Shown one piece after another: positions 25,480-33,082 of a stretch of DNA of 33,082 nt (the stretch's first letter is position 1; each line of letters starts with the position of its first letter). The position numbers and the translations under genes are program-made. The notes beneath the pieces were generated by a model. That model was given only the letters and a program-made list of their open reading frames with translations. It did not search any database and was not told the origin of the DNA. This DNA is from a virus (Duplodnaviria; Heunggongvirae; Uroviricota; Caudoviricetes). The stretch lies in IMG/VR virus record IMGVR_UViG_3300020050_015720; one strand, 5' to 3'.

Positions 25480-27753
25480 ATGGCACAAACAAAAGTAAAA
25501 TTAAAACAGCTAGAACCAACTACAGTTCCTGGGTCGATTATAGCTTCAAATACATCAAATGATTTCGCTATCATAGCCCCAACACCAGGAGCAGACGTTA
25601 TTCCATTCTATGACGACTCAGCTACTGCGGTGGCATGGTTAACTATAGGTACGAATCTTTCTATTTCAGGAACAACGCTTAATGCTTCGGCTGGAGCAGG
25701 AGGCTACGCAGAAATACAAGAAGAGGGTACTCCTCTTACAGCCAGAACGAAATTTAACTTTGTTGGAGCTGGTATAACCGCTTCAGATGATGCTGGTAAT
25801 ACAAGAACAAATATTACATTAGATACTACACTTAATTCATTAGCAGCGTATAATACAAATGGATTTCTTGTTCAAACAGCAGCAGATACATTTACTGGTA
25901 GATCTTTAACAGCTCCTGCTGCTGGTATCACTATTTCAAATAATGATGGTGTAGCTGGTAATCCTACTTTTACATTAGCTAATGATTTAGCTGCTGTGGA
26001 AGGATTGGCTTCAAATGGTATTGCTGTAAGAACAGCTACCGACACTTGGGCTACTAGAACTATTACTGGAACTACTAATAAAATTGTGGTTACAAATGGA
26101 GATGGTATTTCAGGTAATCCAACTTTAGATGTTGGTTCTTTAGTAGCCGTATTATCAGATAATGAAACTGTATCTGGTACATGGACATTCAGCAATAATA
26201 TTACATTAAACGGAACTCCTTCTGCTGGTACTGACGTTACTAACGTTACATTTGTAAATACAGCTATTGCTAATGCAGTAGCAGGACTTAGGAAAGGTTC
26301 AGTTAGAGGTGCAACTACTGCTATTTTAACTGCAACAGCTCAAACAGCTACTACGATAACTCTTGGTGGAACTACCTTTACACATGACGGAATAACTTAT
26401 GTGAATGGTGATACTATCTTGGTAAAAGATTCAGTAACAGGTGGTTCAGGTGGTGCATTTAACAATGGCGTTTATACTGTAGGTGGAATTGGTTCATCTG
26501 TTGTTCTTACTCGCGTAAGTTGGATGGATGCAGCTTCTGAAATAGATGGTGTATATGTAGCTGTTGAAGATGGTACTACTAACGTAGGAACTCTTTGGAT
26601 CACTGTATCTGAAGTAACTACTTTAGGTACTGATACAATTACCTTTACCAGGATTCAAACAACTGGTACAATTGATGGTACTGGTTCCGCTAATAAGGTA
26701 GCTTATTGGTCTGATGCAGATACACTTACATTTAATACCAACTTTACTTATGATGGTAATAATTTAATTGTAGGTACAACTACCGCAGCAGGTTCTACTA
26801 GATTAACTTCTAGAGGTTCTGGAACAGGTTCAGGTACTTATAACTACACAGGTCAGAACTCATCTGGTACAAGCGTATTTAGAGTTGCTGATGATGGTAC
26901 TTTAACTATCGGTGCAACCAACCAGTTAAGTATAACAAAAGATGGATTTAGTGCTACAACTAATGGCACATATTCTTTTGATTATGCAGGAGCTTCAACA
27001 GGCTTTATGTTTACTGGATCAGGTAATACTGGTGTTGATGTTGCTATGGGAGCAAACACCTCAAATGTACCTAATTTAAGTGTTTCCGGTAGTAGAAATA
27101 GTACTTCTGCTAATCAAATTCAGTTTAGATCTGGTGGCAGTTTTACACCATCAGCAGCAGGTACTAATACATTTGCTGGTGTAGATGTTAACCACACTAT
27201 TAATCAGACTGGTGGACATACTGGTATTACTTATGGTATAAACGTAAGTCCTACATTAACTGCGGCTTCTGACTATAGAGGTTTTTATGCTAATGTATCG
27301 GCTTCTCATTATGCGATTTATTCTGATTCAGGTAAAGTTCGCTTAGATGTAGGTTCAGACGCTAACTGGGATTTATTAACAAGAAGTGCAACTGGTGAAT
27401 TAATTAGAATTGCCAATGGTACTACAGGACAAGTTCTTACTGCAACAACTGGATCTGCTCCAACATGGCAAGCAGCCGCAGGTGGAACTATCACTAGAGC
27501 ATATTTGACAGGTTCTACTTCTTCAGTTATTGACCTGGATTCAGGTACTGCTGTAACTGACGTTGATGGAACTAATATTGCATTTACTGTACCAGCAGAT
27601 TTAGATAAAACATTTGTTGTTAGAAACGGTGTAGTTTTATCTCGTTCTGGAACAGTATCTAGAGATTACACATTGGTATCTGCTACTGGAGTTCTTACTC
27701 TTGCAACAGCACTTACTAGCGATGAAAGTTTAATGGTTTATAAAATAGCATAA
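25480..27753 (+). CDS. Tail fibre-like protein (757 aa, Gly/Thr/Ser-rich)
   Basis: Beta-rich repeats; shares SDA..D.L.R....L.R...G.TG.VLT....P.WQ.A.GG and C-terminal RNGV domain with the upstream gene. Confidence 0.75.
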   Translation: MAQTKVKLKQLEPTTVPGSIIASNTSNDFAIIAPTPGADVIPFYDDSATAVAWLTIGTNLSISGTTLNASAGAGGYAEIQEEGTPLTARTKFNFVGAGITASDDAGNTRTNITLDTTLNSLAAYNTNGFLVQTAADTFTGRSLTAPAAGITISNNDGVAGNPTFTLANDLAAVEGLASNGIAVRTATDTWATRTITGTTNKIVVTNGDGISGNPTLDVGSLVAVLSDNETVSGTWTFSNNITLNGTPSAGTDVTNVTFVNTAIANAVAGLRKGSVRGATTAILTATAQTATTITLGGTTFTHDGITYVNGDTILVKDSVTGGSGGAFNNGVYTVGGIGSSVVLTRVSWMDAASEIDGVYVAVEDGTTNVGTLWITVSEVTTLGTDTITFTRIQTTGTIDGTGSANKVAYWSDADTLTFNTNFTYDGNNLIVGTTTAAGSTRLTSRGSGTGSGTYNYTGQNSSGTSVFRVADDGTLTIGATNQLSITKDGFSATTNGTYSFDYAGASTGFMFTGSGNTGVDVAMGANTSNVPNLSVSGSRNSTSANQIQFRSGGSFTPSAAGTNTFAGVDVNHTINQTGGHTGITYGINVSPTLTAASDYRGFYANVSASHYAIYSDSGKVRLDVGSDANWDLLTRSATGELIRIANGTTGQVLTATTGSAPTWQAAAGGTITRAYLTGSTSSVIDLDSGTAVTDVDGTNIAFTVPADLDKTFVVRNGVVLSRSGTVSRDYTLVSATGVLTLATALTSDESLMVYKIA

Positions 27754-27759
27754 TAAATT

Positions 27760-29385
27760 ATGGCAGCAACAAAAATTACTCCTAAACAAATAGTTGGAAC
27801 AGGAGCTAATACTAATGATGTGCTGGCCTTCAATGGAACAGATTGGACTCCTACTGCCCCTTCAGGTGGTGGGAGTTCTTCTGGTATCGCTGGAGCAGTT
27901 CAAATATCTGGAGGTTCCGGTACATTTTCTTCAGACGCAACAAATTTCTTTTTCGATGATACTACTAATCAGTTACAACTAACTGGCGGCACGTCTTATG
28001 GAATTCGTATTCAAGGTCAAAATGGTGGTGTTGATGCTTCAGCTAGTTCAGCAGTAACAGGAGCATTTACTCCATTTAGAAGTAATACAAATGCAACAGG
28101 CTCTGTAAATCTGAACCTCACAAATTCAAATACTAGTTCTGCAACAGCCCACACTGTACTAACTTTAAGTACATCAGTAGGTGGAGGAGATCCGTTTGTA
28201 AAACTAAATACTGCTGAAATAGGTTATGTTATTGGCGTTGATAATTCTGGTTCTGATAAATTATTTATTGGATTAGGAACTGATCCTTCTACAATGTCGT
28301 CTGCCAATATTACTATTTCTAGTATTAATACTGGTATATCACAAACTAGTCCAACAGCCAAATTGCATATTTCAGGTGGAACAGCTACTGCAAATACGGC
28401 TCCTATTAAAATAGATTCTGGAACAGCATTAACTACTCCTGAAGATGGAGCTTTTGAATATCATGGAACCCACCTTTATTTTACGATAGGTTCAACTAGA
28501 TACCAATTAGACCAGCAAGCATCCAGTTTAACTGATGGCGACTATGGTGATATTACAGTATCTTCGGGTGGTACAGTTTGGACGATAGATAACTTAGCTG
28601 TAACCAATGCAAAAATTAATGATGTTTCTATTAGCAAATTAACATCTGGAACATTTGCGGCTTCTTTATCTGGAACTCTTACCACTTCTTCAACTTTTAG
28701 AGTAAACTATGCGGGTAGTAATACTGCCTTATTAGTAGATGATGTGTTGTCGGCTACATCTATGTATTCAAAAGACGGTACACAATATTTCTATGCAGAT
28801 GATACACTACTTATAATGGGTAGTGGTACATCAAAGATGGAATATGTAGATGGTGTTTTGAAGCTTTATGATTCGGATGCCACCCATTTTGTTGGGATAC
28901 AGACTCCTGCTACTGCTAGTTTGACTACTTCTTACACATTAACTCTTCCAACAACGGATGGTAATGCTAATGAAGTTTTACAAACCAATGGTTCTGGTGT
29001 ATTATCTTGGGCTACTGCTGGAAATGTAACCCTGACAGGTACTGAAACATTAACAAATAAAAGAATAGAGCCTAGAGTTGTTTCTATAACAAGCTCATCA
29101 ACACCTACTCCAAATGCTGATGTTACAGATATTTATTTAATTACTGCATTAGCTGCTGGAGCAACTTTTGGTTCTCCAACTGGAACACATGTTCAAGGAC
29201 AGAAGCTTATGTATCGTATTAAAGATAACGGTACTGCTAGGGCACTTTCTTATAATGCTGTGTTTAGAGCAGTTGGTGTAACTTTACCAACAACAACAAT
29301 AATTAACAAAACTCTTTACTTAGGCTGTGTTTATAATGCTACTGATACTAAGTGGGATATAATTGCAGTTGCAATGGAACCTTAA
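27760..29385 (+). CDS. Tail fibre-like protein (541 aa)
   Basis: N-terminus MAATKITPKQI paralogous to MAQTKVKLKQL; TLTLPTTDG..NEVLQTNGSGVLSW; C-terminal KWDIIAV. Confidence 0.75.
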   Translation: MAATKITPKQIVGTGANTNDVLAFNGTDWTPTAPSGGGSSSGIAGAVQISGGSGTFSSDATNFFFDDTTNQLQLTGGTSYGIRIQGQNGGVDASASSAVTGAFTPFRSNTNATGSVNLNLTNSNTSSATAHTVLTLSTSVGGGDPFVKLNTAEIGYVIGVDNSGSDKLFIGLGTDPSTMSSANITISSINTGISQTSPTAKLHISGGTATANTAPIKIDSGTALTTPEDGAFEYHGTHLYFTIGSTRYQLDQQASSLTDGDYGDITVSSGGTVWTIDNLAVTNAKINDVSISKLTSGTFAASLSGTLTTSSTFRVNYAGSNTALLVDDVLSATSMYSKDGTQYFYADDTLLIMGSGTSKMEYVDGVLKLYDSDATHFVGIQTPATASLTTSYTLTLPTTDGNANEVLQTNGSGVLSWATAGNVTLTGTETLTNKRIEPRVVSITSSSTPTPNADVTDIYLITALAAGATFGSPTGTHVQGQKLMYRIKDNGTARALSYNAVFRAVGVTLPTTTIINKTLYLGCVYNATDTKWDIIAVAMEP

Positions 29386-29389
29386 GGCT

Positions 29390-30088
29390 ATGGCAAATAT
29401 TTTATTTACAAGTACAACTAACTGGACTTGTCCTCAAGGCGTAAATCGAATTTATGCTGAATGTTGGGGAGGAGGTGGTGCCGGAGGTGGTGCTACAGGA
29501 TATCCTTCTGCCGGAGGAGGTGGTGCTGGTGGCTGTTATGCTGCTGGATATGTAAATGTAACACCAGGAACATCTTATACTATAACAGTAGGTACTGGCG
29601 GAACAGCCACAACAGGAGATGGAGGTTCAGGTAATACCTCTTCTTTTGCGAGTAGTATTATTGCAGTTGGCGGTGGTGGAGGAAGTGCAGCTACTACAGA
29701 CTTTTCAAACGGTACAGGTGCTACAGGATCAACTTCTGGAAGTTCAGGTGATGTAATATATGTAGGTGGCAACGGTACAAACGGAGCTTTTGGCAGTTTT
29801 GCAGGAGCTGGTGGAGGAGGTGCAGGTTCTACTGGTGCTGGAGGTAATGCTTCTAGTAATACAGCAGGTACTGGTACATCACGTTATGGAGGTAATGGTG
29901 GAGCTGGAGTTGCAACTGGTGCAGGACAAGCGGGTTCGTCCACATTACCAAGTAATCCTTCTTATGGTGGAGGAGGTGGTGCTGGTAGAGCTAATACTAC
30001 TACTGATAGAGCTGGAGGTGCTGGAAGACAAGGATTAGTTAGAATAACATTTCAATCAGGCGAATTTTTACAATTTATGTACCCTTAG
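29390..30088 (+). CDS. Glycine-rich domain protein (fibre-associated)
   Basis: TNWTCPQGVNRIYAECWGGGGAGG...YTITVGTGG...GLVRITF; ATG 29390. Confidence 0.75.
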   Translation: MANILFTSTTNWTCPQGVNRIYAECWGGGGAGGGATGYPSAGGGGAGGCYAAGYVNVTPGTSYTITVGTGGTATTGDGGSGNTSSFASSIIAVGGGGGSAATTDFSNGTGATGSTSGSSGDVIYVGGNGTNGAFGSFAGAGGGGAGSTGAGGNASSNTAGTGTSRYGGNGGAGVATGAGQAGSSTLPSNPSYGGGGGAGRANTTTDRAGGAGRQGLVRITFQSGEFLQFMYP

Positions 30089-30089
30089 T

Positions 30090-30551
30090 ATGACTATAAC
30101 AATAAACACAGATTGCTCTCAAGCAACCCTAACTTCCGAAATATTGCTGACATTGAATACGGCAAATACATTAACAGTTACGTATAAGGGCACATCTTAT
30201 ACCGTAACAGTACCAACAGGCATCACAAGTTTTACTCTTCTACCAGAGCATTTAGCTATGGAAGGAGTATTTTCTTCGGGTGTCTACAGTTTAAAATTCA
30301 CGAATACACTAATCTCTAGCAGTGTGCAAACAGATACTGGTTGTGCAGTTGTTCTTTGCGATTTAAAATGCACAGGTGCAACTCTAAGTTGGTACAGTGA
30401 TAAAAAAGACATTACAAAAGTTCTTTACTACGAAGCTTTAAAAGCTGTTCAAGATTGTCCTACCTGTAATTGCACTTTACTTGAGACTCTTTTTAACACT
30501 ATAACTACCGATGAGTCTATCTCCTGCACAAATTGCTGCTGCCAAATGTAA
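30090..30551 (+). CDS. Putative virion protein with Cys-rich C-terminus
   Basis: ORF track; CPTCNC and CTNCCCQM. Confidence 0.65.
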   Translation: MTITINTDCSQATLTSEILLTLNTANTLTVTYKGTSYTVTVPTGITSFTLLPEHLAMEGVFSSGVYSLKFTNTLISSSVQTDTGCAVVLCDLKCTGATLSWYSDKKDITKVLYYEALKAVQDCPTCNCTLLETLFNTITTDESISCTNCCCQM

Positions 30552-31833
30552 CTTTGTTACAAAAACCACTTCTTTAGCGCAGTGTAAAAAATACAATATT
30601 GATTGTTGCTCCAATGAAGAAGAAATGAAAGCTGCGTTCCTTCTTTATAAAGAAGCACAACTAACTAGTGATGATTGCACTATATCTGACGGTGCTGTTT
30701 GTTCTATTCAAAATTTAACACCTGTTATCAATGCTTGCACAAAACCGCCAACTTGTTCGGATTTGTTTTCTTGTACTGTAAAGAAATTTTTATCTGGCGG
30801 TGTTTACACAAAAGCTATTGAAAATAGTTTAGATGCAACTGCTTATATGTCCATAGAACTAACACCAAATTCTGTTGCTCAACCAGCTAAAGCTCGTGCG
30901 ATAGTGTATGATTCTTCCGGTGTTGTTATGGATGAGGAATTCACAACGGGGAAATATTTCGACGGTTTAATTGTGAATACAGGAGACGAATACCACCCCC
31001 ATGTTGGTATCCAATTTGGTATGGGTCCGTGGTTAGGCGCAGCAAACTCTTACATAAAATCTATACGCCTGTATCACTACAATAGTGGTGTTATTGGATT
31101 TACCGACTTAGATATTTCTCCAACAAATATATGGACTTGTCCGAGCTGCACCGCGGTAGATCCGGCCGACCTCTATTTTGATGCTCCAAATGTTCATTTA
31201 GCTGTTCAAGCTCAGATAGAGAACGCAATCAAATCTACTGACGGAGCATTAAACGCCGAGATAGAAGTGAGTAAGAGTACGACGAATCTTGGTACTCACT
31301 TGGTTTTGAGTACAAAAACTAAACATTTACCTACTTTTAAGTGGTGGGGACTGTCCACAAGTGACATTAACATACAATACTTTTGGGCTCCAGAAAACAC
31401 TGTAAAGAGTATTGGAGTAGGTTCTAATCTTTTTGCAAACACTGTTTACTCCGGAACTGGATGAGCCTATGAGAACTATTCTTTCGTAACTCCTTGTGCT
31501 ACCAGTTTATTGACTGTGAACGGAAATGCACTACCACAAGCTACAAACGCTTCAACGTTTTACTCAATCAGCTTATCTTCTCCAATAACTACAACAGTGG
31601 TCACAAACCCACCTTTAGTATTATCTGGGAGTATTCCTGATTGTTATGCTTATAATTTAGAAGCTTTAGTAGATAGCAGTGTTCCTCATACACAGCAATG
31701 GTTATCGCCTAGTAATGTGGTACTAGGAACTGCTCAAACATTAAGCCTTACAAACCCAGTACATGGCACCTATAAGTATATTGCAGCTTTCTCAGGGTCT
31801 GATTGTACTATAACGAAAAATATTACACTTTAA
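30511..31833 (+). CDS. Putative virion protein (440 aa with TGA 31462-64 read as Trp)
   Basis: Track ORFs 30511-31464 and 31510-31833 share a frame; reads VYSGTG(W)AYENYSFVTPC without another stop. Confidence 0.75.
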
Positions 31834-31837
31834 TCTC

Positions 31838-31872
31838 ACCCAGAGGGCCCTAATGGTTCTCTGGGTTTTTTT
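31838..31872 (+). terminator. Intrinsic terminator
   Basis: ACCCAGAGGGCC-CTAAT-GGTTCTCTGGGT followed by a T run. Confidence 0.8.
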
Positions 31873-32334
31873 ATGCTCATACAAGTAATACGACCAATTC
31901 CAACCAATTCCCCAACCACAATATCTAAGATGTTTATTGATGGAGTTTATTTTTGCGATGTTTTAGAAGATCAAGATAGAGATCTTTGGGCTCACAAACC
32001 AGGGGAAATTGCAAAGAAAAAGATAAAACATCAAACGGCTATCCCTTATGGTAAATATGAGGTTGTGCTCTCTTTTTCTGAACGTTTCCAAGTCTTCCTT
32101 CCCTTATTACTAAATGTTCCAGGATTTATTGGTATACGTATCCACGCCGGAAATACCAAAGAGGATACTAGTGGTTGCCTTTTGTTAGGCACTGCGAAAG
32201 GCAATACAGTGCAACAATCTAAAATGACGGTTAGCAAATTGAAACAACTCATAACGTCATATGGGAAAAAACAGAAGATTTACATAGAGATATTACCCAG
32301 TCAATTCGATTTTAGCCGAATCCGTCAACAATAA
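31873..32334 (+). CDS. DUF5675-family protein (putative peptidoglycan peptidase/endolysin)
   Basis: FCDVLED...TAIPYGKYEV...PLLLNVPGFIGIRIHAGNT..DTSGCLLLG with the His/Cys pair. Confidence 0.85.
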   Translation: MLIQVIRPIPTNSPTTISKMFIDGVYFCDVLEDQDRDLWAHKPGEIAKKKIKHQTAIPYGKYEVVLSFSERFQVFLPLLLNVPGFIGIRIHAGNTKEDTSGCLLLGTAKGNTVQQSKMTVSKLKQLITSYGKKQKIYIEILPSQFDFSRIRQQ

Positions 32335-32358
32335 TACAAAATATAGTATCTTTACACT

Positions 32359-33042
32359 ATGACCCTACTTGAACATATCTACGCTGTAAGAAATCTAGAG
32401 GCAAAAGGCTCTGGTTCTAAGGATAATAGCTATTCTTTAGAATTGATAGCTCATTTACTAAACGTAGTAAGAGCTACCTTAACGGAGCAAAAAGCCGACA
32501 GATATCGTTATATATCAGAGCAGAGCTTTCAATCCCTCTGCATACACTTACAAAAAGCTAGTTTACATAATTGTTGCACTATAGAAGATGTTGGATGTAG
32601 CCTTCTACGCTCTACCGTAAAAATTCCTAAATTCTTGAACACAAGATGGGGGGAATTCGTTAAGGTAACAACTATAAATGGAGATAATATCTCTAAAACA
32701 TCTATAACAACTAATAAATTAGCAAAGTATTCCCTAACAAACAAGAAACAAAAAACAGGCTGGTTTATCCATGACGGGTATCTTTATATTATAAATAATC
32801 CTAACTTAGAAATCGTATTATTAAATTCGTTATTCGATAATCCGGCTGAGATAGAAAACTTAAATTGCTCAACAAATACGAACGGGCAAGCGTGTGCTGA
32901 TATTTATGATACTGAGTATCCCATAGATCCCGATTTAGTAGAACCCCTCTACAAGAAAGTTCTAGATCTATTGAGATACAGCCTGGCCTTTCCACCAAAA
33001 GATGCCGAGAACAACGCGAAAGACGACCAAGTATCTGCTTAA
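32359..33042 (+). CDS. crAss-like tail ring/tubular protein
   Basis: IAHLLN..RA.L...Q.LC..L......C...C.LLRSTVKIP...YLYIIN...FDNP.E...YPIDPDL. Confidence 0.65.
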   Translation: MTLLEHIYAVRNLEAKGSGSKDNSYSLELIAHLLNVVRATLTEQKADRYRYISEQSFQSLCIHLQKASLHNCCTIEDVGCSLLRSTVKIPKFLNTRWGEFVKVTTINGDNISKTSITTNKLAKYSLTNKKQKTGWFIHDGYLYIINNPNLEIVLLNSLFDNPAEIENLNCSTNTNGQACADIYDTEYPIDPDLVEPLYKKVLDLLRYSLAFPPKDAENNAKDDQVSA

Positions 33043-33082
33043 TTGGTTCTCATTATATGGATTATTTCCACAAAAAGAAATA

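Noticed and set aside
3726-30088. TAG reassignment (code 15), as in some crAss-like phages
   Set aside because: TAG ends portal, MCP and other genes at sensible C-termini followed by new starts or a terminator; no gene is visibly interrupted by TAG.
19707-32334. Code-based timing of lysis genes (reported for other recoded phages)
   Set aside because: Neither the holin-like genes nor the DUF5675 gene contains an in-frame TGA.
10278-32998. Numerous minus-strand and alternate-frame ORFs inside GroEL, TerL, portal, MCP, introns and fibre genes
   Set aside because: They overlap well-supported plus-strand genes and are explained by codon-bias shadows.

Overview
Fragment of a crAss-like (Crassvirales-related) Bacteroidota phage genome. 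Left end (1-1164): small minus-strand genes separated by repeated intergenic cassettes. From about 1550 everything is on the plus strand, and four Bacteroidota-type promoters (TTG-N20-TAnnTTTG) are present. This part holds small accessory genes, GroES and GroEL, an RNA cluster (tmRNA, tRNAs, structured RNAs), and then the crAss-type morphogenesis block. That block is TerL, portal, a scaffold-like protein and the major capsid protein split by two group I introns (one HNH, one LAGLIDADG endonuclease). It continues with holin-like genes, ring/auxiliary capsid proteins, three fibre paralogues, a DUF5675 enzyme and another ring protein. The phage appears to read TGA as Trp: no credible gene ends in TGA, and 6-7 in-frame TGAs fall at Trp-like internal positions. 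The most striking observation is a pair of tRNAs carrying extra anticodon arms for their own amino acid. One is a tRNA-Trp with tandem UCA and CCA arms (7180-7276). The other is a tRNA-Ile(UAU) whose D-loop holds an ~88-nt insert with GAU- and CAU-type anticodon-loop hairpins (1619-1780). These suggest a possible system that separates synthetase recognition from decoding. All calls were made by eye; no database searches or folding programs were run.
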